From NCBI GenBank assembly GCA_965112635.1, contig OZ218778.1, positions 2,016,001 to 2,080,000 of the forward strand: 64,000 bases of DNA, in the 5' to 3' direction. Below are positions 1 through 8,864 of this stretch, piece after piece. The notes under the pieces are model-generated. The model saw nothing but the letters and a program-made list of their open reading frames with translations, did no database searches and was not told the origin of the DNA. The stretch's first letter is position 1. Every line of letters begins with the position of its first letter. Source of the stretch: an uncultured bacterium (GTDB lineage Bacteria > Oederibacteriota > Oederibacteriia > Oederibacteriales > Oederibacteriaceae). The translations under genes and the position numbers were made by a program.

Positions 1-11
1 GATAGATAGGT

Positions 12-770
12 ATGCTAAAAAATAAAAAGAAATTTAATGAGAAAAAAATGATTTCATTAATAAAAGCCCTCTTGAAATCTGGCTCCAAAAAAGACCATGA
101 GGCAGCCATGAGGAGTCTCCCAAAAAATATACAAATTGAGGTAGCAAAGAAAATAAAAATAAAGCGTCAGTTGGAAAGATTTGTATTCCTATCAGATTTG
201 TTAAAAAAATGTGATGAATATCAACCAATAATAGCTATGGATAACAAACGTAGATCAATGGAAGATTTATATAAACTTATGCAGTATTCAAAAGAAGTTT
301 GGACTGTTGCCTGCTCTATGTATCGAAATGGTCGGTTCGCAATAGCTAAATTTTTAGGAATTGTTTGTATGGAGGAAGTGGCCAAATATTGGATATGTGA
401 ATTACAATTTCTATTTTCCTGGATATCTAATACAAATAACAGTACCAAATCCCAGAGGAAAACTAATACTGATAGAAACAGGAATCCTTTATTCTCACAT
501 CGAGATAAACATCTTATTTCTGTTCTCTCCGGATTGCTTATGAATTCACGAGCCGATAGGCGTTTAGGAATAGATAATATTAATGAATTCATAAAAATTG
601 TTGAGAATAAAAAGCTGGAATCTATTAGACAATCTTGTATCTATGCTGAATCATGTGATGGTAAGTTTTTGGTACCCCCTGAACGTCATGCTAAGCAAGA
701 CGCAGGATTCTATATTGCATTAGCTGGTGAGATTTTATTAGCGAATTCGGGGTCGCGTCTTGACATGTGA
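12..770 (+). CDS. AbiV-family abortive infection protein; last codons are contributed by the REP-like motif
   Basis: GRFAIAKFLGIVCMEEVAK, FSHRDKH and IRQSCIYAE match the AbiV pattern (LAxEExxK...HxxK...RQxxLY). The terminal NSGSRLDM is encoded by the repeat starting at 743. Confidence 0.7.
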   Translation: MLKNKKKFNEKKMISLIKALLKSGSKKDHEAAMRSLPKNIQIEVAKKIKIKRQLERFVFLSDLLKKCDEYQPIIAMDNKRRSMEDLYKLMQYSKEVWTVACSMYRNGRFAIAKFLGIVCMEEVAKYWICELQFLFSWISNTNNSTKSQRKTNTDRNRNPLFSHRDKHLISVLSGLLMNSRADRRLGIDNINEFIKIVENKKLESIRQSCIYAESCDGKFLVPPERHAKQDAGFYIALAGEILLANSGSRLDM

Positions 771-824
771 CATTCAAAAATTGAAGGTTCAGTAATCCCC
801 GCCTAATTTCGCAATTTTTCCGCC
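743..824 (+). repeat. REP-like motif A, copy 1 (GAATTCGGGGTCGCGTCTTGACATGTGACATTCAAAAATTGAAGGTTCAGTAATCCCCGCCT...)
   Basis: Near-identical to 5089-5149 and to the split copy 5896-5909/7257-7328; core also at 3121-3140. Confidence 0.9.
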
Positions 825-901
825 GGCGGGTTTTTAGCCCTGCCATACTTCCTAGCCAGACAATCATGGAGAGATTAAAAACAAGGAACTTCTTAAACCC
901 C

Positions 902-923
902 CGTGGTAAATTTATTTACCACG
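902..923. repeat. Palindrome CGTGGTAAA-TTTA-TTTACCACG (also 7398-7419 and 7492-7512)
   Basis: Three near-identical copies read directly from the sequence. Confidence 0.9.
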
Positions 924-973
924 ACCCCCAGCCCCCTGAAGGTCGCGCTACGCTTGCCTTCAAATGATCCCCG

Positions 974-1035
974 GGGTCCCTCTGTATACTTATTTATGGA
1001 AGGGACCCGTTGAAGGATCATTCAGATCCTTCAAC
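974..1035 (+). repeat. 35+27-nt double-hairpin unit, copy 1
   Basis: GGGTCCCT..AGGGACCC (974-1008) abutting GTTGAAGGATC-ATTCA-GATCCTTCAAC (1009-1035). Confidence 0.85.
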
Positions 1036-1330
1036 ACCTAGTGAAAAGGTGCCTGGTCTTCACATATAAGGTCGCCTCCCGCCTCCCCCCGACCCCTTTT
1101 CGCGATTTTTCCCCCGGCGGTTTTTTTAACCATTCGCCCCACCATCCTAAACATCAAATGCTTTAGATTCTAAATTTCCAGATTTGTCACTTTCACACTT
1201 GCGCAAACGTGGAAGTGACCTACCCGTTGTCCATAAGAATACTAATAGACAATAAAAATAATGACACCTATAGACAACAATATAATTGTATGCTAGATTT
1301 CAGGGTATAAAGGCAGGGAGAGGATGGGGG

Positions 1331-1768
1331 ATGGTGATGGTAAAGATTATTCATGGGGCAATAAAGGATAGGGAGCTGACCAAAGAGGAACAGGAGTTGG
1401 AGTCGCAGTTGATGCGGGAAGAGGATATTTACAGACGCGTTGCGCTCAGGATAAAGATGGAGAGGAAAGAACATGGCCTGACCCTGACCCAGCTGGCAGG
1501 GAAGACAGGATTGAACCTGAGCTTCATCGGCAATATTGAGCGGTGCAACAGCAAGCCTACCCTTTATACCCTGGAAAAGATCGCGAAGGCCCTTGGGCTG
1601 GAAGTATCTGAATTATTCATGGTCACCCACAGCAATCCCACGCCAAAGAGAACCCTCCAAAAATACAGCGTAGAGGCCAGATTAAAAGAAAAGATAGGCC
1701 ATTTATTGAGCGGGAAACCGGAAAAAGAACTGAAAAAGATCCATAAAATACTCAAACTGATAGTTTGA
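1331..1768 (+). CDS. XRE-family helix-turn-helix regulator
   Basis: RIKMERKEHGLTLTQLAGKTGLNLSFIGNIERCNSKPTLYTLEKIAKAL; start uncertain (1286/1331/1337). Confidence 0.88.
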   Translation: MVMVKIIHGAIKDRELTKEEQELESQLMREEDIYRRVALRIKMERKEHGLTLTQLAGKTGLNLSFIGNIERCNSKPTLYTLEKIAKALGLEVSELFMVTHSNPTPKRTLQKYSVEARLKEKIGHLLSGKPEKELKKIHKILKLIV

Positions 1769-1782
1769 GAGGGGGAGAGGCC

Positions 1783-3111
1783 GTGAGCGAATCAGACTTC
1801 CTTAAAAAAGAATATGGTGATTTCCTTGCCCAACATCCGCGCAAAGACGGATGGAAGGTTTACGAATGCCACGAAAGATTATCAAGAATGCTTAGTCTCT
1901 ATTATTTGCTGGATTTTATCAGAGACAAACATCCGGAAATTTTAAAAAAGCGTCATGCTCCTGCCGAGGTAAGGACAGAGGACATGATGGGAGAACCGGA
2001 TGATAGTCATCCAGTGGAAAAGGGCAATGAGTGGGATGAAACCAAGGAGCTGGATGCCAACGGCTGGATAGGGGACATTGAGGTCGAGTGGACGGGGCAA
2101 CCGATCCACTACCATGCTTTTTATGTCATCGGGAAAGATCAGATGCATGGCCGTATGGGAGAGATAATTTTGGTGGCCACAAAGTCCAATGCCGCTATGA
2201 GAGATATACACCGCTCCCTGGATGAATACAGTCTATCCCGTGAAAAGAAGGAAGAAAAGACCATCCGTGTCATCAATGGACTGGGTATACCCATCCTGCC
2301 TGTGTCCTGGAATGATATTTTTCTGGGTGAGTGGCTGAAAGAGGATATCCGCTCCAATGTGGATTCATTCTTTCAGAGCAAGGAAATATATCAGGAAGTG
2401 GGTATTTCCTACCGCCGGGGATTTTTGCTGACCGGCCCGCCGGGCAACGGTAAGACCCTGACCATCAAATGCCTAGCCTATAACATCAAGGCCTCTTTTG
2501 TTACCGTGATAACCAAGGCCGAGGTGGAGGAGGGTGAGATCGAGGCAGCCTTTTATCATGCCAGCAGAATGGCGCCCGCAGTGATCGTGTTCGAGGACTT
2601 GGACCGGCTGGTCGAATCAAAGGCTGTTTCCCTGTCCCATTTTTTGAATTTGCTGGACGGGTTTAAAGTCACCGAAGGGGTTTTGGTGATCGCGACCTCC
2701 AACCATCCGGAAAAGCTGGACCAGGCCCTGCTCCACCGGCCCAGCCGGTTCGACCGTATATTCAGGTTTCCTTTGCCGGGACTGATCCAAAGACAGGCTC
2801 TCCTGGAGAAAAAGGGGGCCAGGTATTTTTCGATCGAGACGATCAAGGCAGCGGCCAAAGGTTCCAGCGGGTTTTCCATGGCCTATGTGCAGGAGATCGT
2901 TATCAACGCCCTTTTGGACTGGCATTATAACGGTAGGGGGGATGATAAGGACCGATATTTGCTGAAAAGTCTGGAAACTCTGAAAGCGCAAAGGAAAGGC
3001 GCTTCTAAATTGGATGAGGAACTGGCTGACAGGGAAAATATTGGGTTCCTGACACCGGAGGGAAGATCTTTCGGGCCTGTACTCTCCCCAGAGCTGATGC
3101 CGGTATCTTGA
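1783..3111 (+). CDS. AAA+ ATPase (BCS1/proteasome-like clade)
   Basis: Walker A GPPGNGKT, Walker B VIVFEDLD, SRH TSNHPEKLDQALLHRPSRFD; GTG start after a GA-rich RBS. Confidence 0.88.
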   Translation: MSESDFLKKEYGDFLAQHPRKDGWKVYECHERLSRMLSLYYLLDFIRDKHPEILKKRHAPAEVRTEDMMGEPDDSHPVEKGNEWDETKELDANGWIGDIEVEWTGQPIHYHAFYVIGKDQMHGRMGEIILVATKSNAAMRDIHRSLDEYSLSREKKEEKTIRVINGLGIPILPVSWNDIFLGEWLKEDIRSNVDSFFQSKEIYQEVGISYRRGFLLTGPPGNGKTLTIKCLAYNIKASFVTVITKAEVEEGEIEAAFYHASRMAPAVIVFEDLDRLVESKAVSLSHFLNLLDGFKVTEGVLVIATSNHPEKLDQALLHRPSRFDRIFRFPLPGLIQRQALLEKKGARYFSIETIKAAAKGSSGFSMAYVQEIVINALLDWHYNGRGDDKDRYLLKSLETLKAQRKGASKLDEELADRENIGFLTPEGRSFGPVLSPELMPVS

Positions 3112-3120
3112 AAGAAACGA

Positions 3121-3140
3121 GAATTGGGGTCGCGTCTTGA
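3121..3140 (+). repeat. REP-like motif A, copy 2 (interrupted by the IS110 remnant)
   Basis: GAATTGGGGTCGCGTCTTGA is identical to 5089-5108. Confidence 0.88.
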
Positions 3141-3389
3141 TGTTATGAAAGCGCGCACTTCCTGGCAAGGGGTTTGATACCCTGATGCCAGAAGCAAAAC
3201 CAATCGGCAGCAACAGCTGCCACAGGGAGGCGCGTTATGGAACAGTATATCGCTTTCGATTCACACAAACACTATACCTTTGCAAGGGTTGAAACAGATA
3301 AGGGGAAGTTGGTGCAGGAGCAACGCATCCCCCATGAGAGAGGCGCCCTGAAAGAATTTCTTCAGAATAAAAACGGGGTCAAGTCTTGA
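3138..3389 (+). pseudogene. IS110-family remnant: left end plus truncated transposase (ORF 3237-3389, 50 aa)
   Basis: MEQYIAFDSHKHYTFARVETDKGKLVQEQRIPH resembles the DEDD N-terminus of 6086-7132 (HLGVDLHKKFSQVVAMDDKGKVLEKRRV). Left end TGATGTTATGAAA is 12/13 identical to that element's left end. Confidence 0.8.
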
Positions 3390-3477
3390 AACTTGAAAAT
3401 AACGTCATGGGGGCCAGGTCTTGATCGGCCAGTTTTTCTTTATAAATGTCAAAAACCGTCAAAGAAAGACCTGACCC
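3375..3477. repeat. REP-like cluster: GGGGTCAAGTCTTGA, GGGGCCAGGTCTTGA and inverted AAGACCTGACCC
   Basis: Two direct variants of motif A (3375-3389, 3410-3424) and one inverted copy (3466-3477). Confidence 0.75.
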
Positions 3478-3622
3478 TAAAACCAGGATAAATATTTGCC
3501 CACGAGTTCAATAAGCAAGTGCAACACTTAGGAGCAGGAGGGGGGAAAAAGCCTTGATCCGGGCGTGGACTGGAAAGAAATCGAACCAAGCCAGCCCGCG
3601 GTGCTGGGCGAGGGACAGCGCA

Positions 3623-3680
3623 GGATGTTCGGTGTCCTAAATTTGATGCTCGGCATCCCCGATTACTCCCTCCTTTTCCC
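3623..3680 (+). repeat. Direct repeat left of the TA module
   Basis: 40 bp (3623-3662) identical to 4422-4461; similarity continues about 18 bp. Confidence 0.92.
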
Positions 3681-3815
3681 CGCTCCCGGCAACGCCAACA
3701 AAGATGAACAATAATGCGTTCCCTTGTTGGCGTTGGCTGATCGCAACAGCCTTGCGAGCCTGGTCATCCTGCCTCGGAGGATGAGGAAATTAAGTAATGA
3801 GGCTGAGTGATCCTA

Positions 3816-3861
3816 TTGACAAAAGTTTGCTATTAAGTATAATTTGTACAGAATATACAAA
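3816..3861 (+). promoter_or_regulatory. Sigma70 promoter and operator of the TA operon
   Basis: TTGACA-16-TATAAT followed by inverted repeat TTGTA-N7-TACAA. Confidence 0.8.
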
Positions 3862-3888
3862 AGAGAGGGAACCAAAGGAGGCTAGGAC

Positions 3889-4152
3889 ATGACCAGTTTA
3901 ACGGCAGCGGAGGCGAGGACCCATTTTTCCGAGATCATCAATAAAGTGGCCTACGGAAAGGACAGGGTGCTCTTGACCCGGCACGGCAAGGGCCTGGCCG
4001 CCGTCATATCCATGCAGGACCTGGATGTGCTTAAAAAGCTTGAAGACAGCAGCGACCTAAGGGAGGCAGGAAAAGAACTGTTAAAAGCCAAAAACGAAAA
4101 AACAGTACCTTGGGACAAGCTAAAACCTTCGGCGGGCAAAAAAGGAAAGTAA
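3889..4152 (+). CDS. Phd/YefM-family antitoxin
   Basis: LTAAEARTHFSEIINKV...VLLTRHGKGLAAVIS. Confidence 0.92.
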   Translation: MTSLTAAEARTHFSEIINKVAYGKDRVLLTRHGKGLAAVISMQDLDVLKKLEDSSDLREAGKELLKAKNEKTVPWDKLKPSAGKKGK

Positions 4153-4409
4153 TGCCTTACGCGGTCGAGTTCACTAAAAACGCGGCAAAAGCTTTCAAAA
4201 AACTACCCCACCATGTTCAGTTGGACCTGGAAAAACCCATCACCAGGTTAACCGGCAATCCGAGAGGCTGCGGTTGCGAGAAGCTTTCGGGCGAGGAAAA
4301 TCTATACAGGATTAGACAAGGTGACTACAGGATCGTTTACCAGATCAGAGATGCTGTTCTTCTTGTTCTCATTGTAAAGCTGGGTCACCGCCGGGACATT
4401 TACCGATAA
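4152..4409 (+). CDS. RelE/ParE-family toxin
   Basis: YAVEFTKNAAK...LYRIRQGDYRIVY...GHRRDIYR; TAATG overlap with the antitoxin. Confidence 0.92.
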   Translation: MPYAVEFTKNAAKAFKKLPHHVQLDLEKPITRLTGNPRGCGCEKLSGEENLYRIRQGDYRIVYQIRDAVLLVLIVKLGHRRDIYR

Positions 4410-4421
4410 ACATCCTCCATT

Positions 4422-4479
4422 GGATGTTCGGTGTCCTAAATTTGATGCTCGGCATCCCCGACTACTCACTGCTTTTCCC
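4422..4479 (+). repeat. Direct repeat right of the TA module
   Basis: Identical 40-mer GGATGTTCGGTGTCCTAAATTTGATGCTCGGCATCCCCGA. Confidence 0.92.
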
Positions 4480-4603
4480 TGATCCTAATCACCCCATAAC
4501 AACCGATGAGGAAACAAAATAATGAAGGTTTGACATGAGGGGTGAGGGGGAGGAAAATTAGATCATTGCTTTATGATGAAATTAAATCTGGAGGATACAA
4601 AAT

Positions 4604-5140
4604 TTGGAACATGGTGTTGATATTCTGGTCACTCTCAGCAGAGACAAGAGATACTTTGCTGGATCAATTGAAAAAGAGCGTTCTAAATTAAAAGAATATG
4701 GTGGTAGTTCGTGGCCATTACAGGGGAAAAGGCTAGGCCGAATTTTAGGACAATGGATATACTTTGTTTGTGATGGCAAATTAGGTGGAAGGGCTGAGAT
4801 AACAGGTATAACAAGAAGTCCAAAGGTTCGAGAATCCGTGGGTGGAAAGAAGTTAAAAGCAGATCAGTGGCTTCAATATAAACCACCGCTATATCTTGCA
4901 AAAAAAGTTATAAATCAAAAAGGTTTTCGGGGTTATAGATTCCTCAGTTCAAGTGAATCAAAACTTTTTAATACAGCATTTTCTGCCATTGTAAAAGCGC
5001 CTAAAAATGCTGATATCCCATATTCAGAAGATGTGTATCTGGAGGGGAAAAGGTTTCTTACAACGCATAAGAGCGTTGAGCGAAACGTGAATTGGGGTCG
5101 CGTCTTGACATGTGACATTCAAAAATTGAAGGTTCAGTAA
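4604..5140 (+). pseudogene. Probably truncated HNH-type restriction-like protein (N-terminal PUA/EVE-like region retained)
   Basis: YLEGKRFLTTHKSVERN resembles the pre-HNH linker of McrA-like proteins; the ORF then runs into motif A at 5089. Confidence 0.55.
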
Positions 5141-5149
5141 TCCCCGCCT
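5089..5149 (+). repeat. REP-like motif A, copy 3
   Basis: Matches 743-804 except for one indel. Confidence 0.92.
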
Positions 5150-5553
5150 CCCCGACCTCTTTTAAAAAATATAGGCCCTGATCATTTTCATCCTGCTTAG
5201 AATATGCTACTCCATAGCCTTCAGATTGTTCATTTCCACGTTTTCGCAATTGCGAAAATGCGAAAGTGACAATTATTGGATTTGGTAGGGAACGATAGAG
5301 CAGGGAATAAGTTCATTAAAATCGAATGCTTCGCCTCCCCCCAAGCTTCCAAAATTTCCAGCCCTAAATCTTTGCTCCTAATTGTCCTGTAGCTAATGCC
5401 TTTTTTAAGCACTTCGGCCTTTTAGCAATCGCCGTAACGCCGAAATGGATAAAAGCGGATAAAGTTTGACACCGGTATAGCAGGGGATACAATTTAAGGA
5501 AAGCGCCAGAGTGGCGCATAAGAGCATTCGACATTTTGGGAGGAGGTGAAACA

Positions 5554-5886
5554 ATGAAATTTACCAAGATACTTTTTTTAGCCCTGATCCTGGACGCTTT
5601 TAGCGGAGCGTGTTTATTGACAGCTCAGACCGCGGCTGTCAGCCCGGCTGTGGATCAGGTGACCCTCAAGGCCGATTTAGCTGCTTTGGACAAAGATTTG
5701 GCAGCGGTCAAGGCTGATATGGCCAAATTAAATGCGGATCAGGCAGCCAAAAACACCACCGCTTTTTCGGCAGATCGTATCCAGCTTAAAAAAGACAGGG
5801 CCAAGATGTATGCTGATATGAAAAAGTACAGAGCTGACGGAGGAAAGGGGTACTGGGCGGGGAAAGGCAAAGTGAACGGAAGATAA
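5554..5886 (+). CDS. Small secreted helical protein
   Basis: AGGAGG RBS, signal peptide, Ala/Asp/Lys heptads; upstream TTGACA-16-TACAAT (5466-5493). Confidence 0.75.
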   Translation: MKFTKILFLALILDAFSGACLLTAQTAAVSPAVDQVTLKADLAALDKDLAAVKADMAKLNADQAAKNTTAFSADRIQLKKDRAKMYADMKKYRADGGKGYWAGKGKVNGR

Positions 5887-5929
5887 AAGGGGGTAAATTG
5901 GGGTCACCTATGAAAAAAGAAGTCAAGCC

Positions 5930-6085
5930 AAAAGCACACCCCAAATCCGTTCAGAACCTACAAAGGGTCTCTAGTTCCATTTAAGGACTAGGAAGCCAGT
6001 CACCTATAGATGCTCAAAGGCATATGATGAAGTAGGAACCGGTGGCACAATCACATCTTTCGGATTTAGCTGAAATAATCCTCAG
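5930..6085 (-). ncRNA. Candidate bridge/seek RNA in the non-coding region downstream of the transposase
   Basis: Closing stem AAATCCG/CGGATTT and internal hairpins; segments ATAGGTGA and TTCATCATAT match the predicted circle junction. Confidence 0.5.
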
Positions 6086-7132
6086 CTATTCCATGACCCC
6101 GGGGTGCTCGCCGGCCTTTTCCTGCCCTAAAGCAACAAGCCTAAAAGTTTCCTTGCGTTTGAGCATATACCAAATGACTTCTAGGAGTTTTCGAGCCACA
6201 GCAACTCTTCCTGTATTGGCGCCATGTTTACTTTTAACCCGTTCAAACAAATCCTTGAACCGCCGGTCTTTCTTGATTATATGATGACTGTTTTCCACTA
6301 GGATCCATCTGAGCCATTTAGAACCTTGCTTTGTTAACCCCCCGTGTCTTTCTTTATCTGCGGATTGATAGGTTGATGGTGCCAGTCCAGCGTACGAGCA
6401 TAACTTTTTTGGATTTGGAAACCTGTCTATCTCTCCAATCTCGCTCAAAATCAGCAGGGCAGAATAGATTCCAATTCCAGGAATGCTCTGCAACATTTGG
6501 CCTTCTTCGCTTAGCTGAATCTGTTTATTTAGTTTTTTTTTGTTCTCCAACAGTTCCTTGTTTACCGCGTCAATCAACCTCAAAAATCCATTTACTTCTT
6601 CACGATAGCTCTCTCTTAATTCAAGACCGGCTAGCCACTTACGGCCTTTCTTGCCGAAAACATCGCTCATTTCATCTTCGTGGCCATCCTTCATTAAAAC
6701 CGCGTGAATCTTGCACTTTAACATTGTCCTTTGTGAGACCAGGGAGGCGCGATATCGGAGCACCTCCCTCAGGTCCCTAATTTCTCTTTTGGGAATGTAA
6801 GCGCTAGGCACCAGGTCGGCTCTGGATAAGTGGGCCAGGGTCGTACTGTCTATGGTATCCGTTTTTATTCGTGCTGAGGCGATGGCTTTCACTTTCAAGG
6901 GATGCGCTAAGGTAACTAGGGGCAGATGCTTCTCTATCGTCTCGTAAAAGAACATCCAGTTTCCGGTTGCCTCTACAACAACCTTGGTATCCCTAGGATA
7001 TTTCCCGAAAAAACTCTCCATCTCCTCCCGGTTGTTATTTACTCTCCTTTTCTCTAATACCTTTCCTTTATCATCCATCGCTACGACTTGACTGAACTTC
7101 TTGTGAAGATCTACCCCCAGATGTATACTCAT
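6086..7132 (-). CDS. IS110-family transposase/recombinase
   Basis: GVDLHK, VEATG and KTDTID (DEDD); SIPGIG and YAGLAPSTYQS. Confidence 0.96.
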   Translation of the reverse strand: MSIHLGVDLHKKFSQVVAMDDKGKVLEKRRVNNNREEMESFFGKYPRDTKVVVEATGNWMFFYETIEKHLPLVTLAHPLKVKAIASARIKTDTIDSTTLAHLSRADLVPSAYIPKREIRDLREVLRYRASLVSQRTMLKCKIHAVLMKDGHEDEMSDVFGKKGRKWLAGLELRESYREEVNGFLRLIDAVNKELLENKKKLNKQIQLSEEGQMLQSIPGIGIYSALLILSEIGEIDRFPNPKKLCSYAGLAPSTYQSADKERHGGLTKQGSKWLRWILVENSHHIIKKDRRFKDLFERVKSKHGANTGRVAVARKLLEVIWYMLKRKETFRLVALGQEKAGEHPGVME

Positions 7133-7256
7133 TTTTGCCGCACCTCCTTAAAAGATTTGTTCCAGCCTTACGGCTGAGAACCCAGGTTCCCCAAGAACTT
7201 TGGTCCTTGAGACCCAGTATATCTTTTAGGATGTGCGGTTTTCCTTTTTCATCACA

Positions 7257-7423
7257 TCACCTCTTGAAAATTGACATGCAAAAATTGAAGGTTCATTGAT
7301 CCCCGCCTAATTTCGCAATTTTTCCGCCTTCCTTGAATTTTTAGCCCTCCATGCCCCCCATCATACATGGGTAGATACAAATAAGTTCTTGTACCCTCGT
7401 GGTAAATTTATTTACCACGAGGG
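7257..7423 (+). repeat. Right part of motif A copy 4 plus the GTGGTAAA palindrome
   Basis: Colinear similarity with about 755-923. Confidence 0.85.
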
Positions 7424-7528
7424 GTAGTGGTCTTTTAGGTCTTTGCAACAGGGAAGTGGTAACGGTAATCATTCCATGACTTCCAGAACTCCGTGGTAAA
7501 TTTATTTACCACATGGTATATAGGTAGT

Positions 7529-7813
7529 ATGAAAAAGATCAATGTGCCCAGGAACATGATGGAGAAGCTGTTTCCCAAAGATCCGGTGTGGCGGATCATA
7601 AGGGTTTTGGATCATTATCCCAACGGGACATCGGGAAGGGAACTGGCTAAAGACAGCGAGCTTTCCCATCCTACTGTCCATACAGAATTAAAGCGCCTGA
7701 TGGACACCGGTCTGATTCAACAAAAGAAAAAGGGGTCATCCTATATCTATTCGATCGATCGCGGGCATGACCTGTATAAAAAAGTTTTCGCGCCTATTCT
7801 AAATTGGAAATAA
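7529..7813 (+). CDS. Winged-HTH (ArsR/IclR-like) protein
   Basis: SGRELAKDSELSHPTVHTELKRLMDTGLI...GSSYIYS; palindrome 7492-7512 immediately upstream. Confidence 0.8.
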   Translation: MKKINVPRNMMEKLFPKDPVWRIIRVLDHYPNGTSGRELAKDSELSHPTVHTELKRLMDTGLIQQKKKGSSYIYSIDRGHDLYKKVFAPILNWK

Positions 7814-7912
7814 ATTTATCCGTTTTTTGGGAATTGTTGAGGCCATTGGAGAATGTTATAATCCCAGCATTTGAAGGGTTCTAAAAATAATTACCAACAA
7901 AGGAGAATGCCG

Positions 7913-8659
7913 GTGAAAAGATCATTACTAGGTTTTGTTTCCCTGGTTTTAATGCTGGCCGTGTCAGGTTGCGACATGGGTCCTTCTTTGATAATGAAAC
8001 CCCTGTTGGATCCGATAGACAGGTCGGCGATATCACCCCGGCTCTCCTCCCTGAAATTCACCAAAATTATGGTCATTCCAGCCGCGGGAACGGACAAGGT
8101 CGGGTATGAAAAAGATATTTTCCTGTTGGAAAAGGAGTTCATCACCGGCGGTTTGACGCCTTATGCCGCTACCGCTATCGGAGGGGCGTCCCTGGCCGCG
8201 AACGGGCAATCCGGCGCTGAGGCTGTCCTGGAGGTACTCAGTGTGGGCTGGGATGTGGAGGTCCGGACAGACGACAAAGAGGCAAAGGCCGCTCCCCTGG
8301 ACTCCGCGCTTATCCCGGAAACCAGGTTCTTTGTTTTTGACCGCACCAAGGGCAAGGAGTGTTTCCGAGAGGTATCGGAAAAAGAATACCAGGATTGTCA
8401 TGATGTAAAACAGGCCTTTCGTTCACCCAGGTACAGTTTTAAGGCCAGGCTGATCAGGGTCAGCGACGGCCAGGTCATGGCTCTTCTGGATATCCAGAGC
8501 CCGGCTAACTCCAACCTGAACAGGGAATTTAATTTAAACGGCTTTAATGACGAAGGGAATTATGTGTATACCAAAGGGGATTGGCTGAAAGCGGCTCAGC
8601 AGAAAACCCTAGAGCGGGTATTCCAGCTGGTGGCCAAAAAGGTTTCTGGCCGCAAATAA
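7913..8659 (+). CDS. Putative lipoprotein
   Basis: Lipobox LAVSG-C; AAGGAG before the GTG start. Confidence 0.7.
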   Translation: MKRSLLGFVSLVLMLAVSGCDMGPSLIMKPLLDPIDRSAISPRLSSLKFTKIMVIPAAGTDKVGYEKDIFLLEKEFITGGLTPYAATAIGGASLAANGQSGAEAVLEVLSVGWDVEVRTDDKEAKAAPLDSALIPETRFFVFDRTKGKECFREVSEKEYQDCHDVKQAFRSPRYSFKARLIRVSDGQVMALLDIQSPANSNLNREFNLNGFNDEGNYVYTKGDWLKAAQQKTLERVFQLVAKKVSGRK

Positions 8660-8774
8660 TCAGGAAAAATGTTCCCGGAAACGTGAATGAGGGTCTTCAC
8701 ATATAAGATTTTCCCGCCTCCCCTATAATAAAAATCCTCGCACTAAAGTGCGAGGTGAAAAAGGAATATTCCGG

Positions 8775-8837
8775 GGGCACTTTTACATAAGTAACTATGG
8801 ATTGTGCCCGTCGAGTAGAGTAGAAGGGGATTCGAAC
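8775..8837 (+). repeat. 35+27-nt unit with degenerate second hairpin
   Basis: GGGCAC..GTGCCC is exactly 35 nt, then GTCGAGT..ATTCGAAC. Confidence 0.65.
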
Positions 8838-8864
8838 TATTTGAGGTGTTAAAAGGAACAGAAT

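Larger units (their letters stand above)
5904..7262 (-). mobile_element. IS110-family element, IS1111-type, inserted in motif A
   Basis: TCACCT at both junctions; subterminal IRs ATGAAAAAAGAA (5910-5921) and TTCCTTTTTCAT (7241-7252); excision restores AATTGGGGTCACCTCTTGA... Confidence 0.9.

Noticed and set aside
8775-8809. dif/Xer site (ACATAA...TATG)
   Set aside because: The spacer is shorter than the 6 nt between dif arms, and there is no TTATGTTAAAT arm
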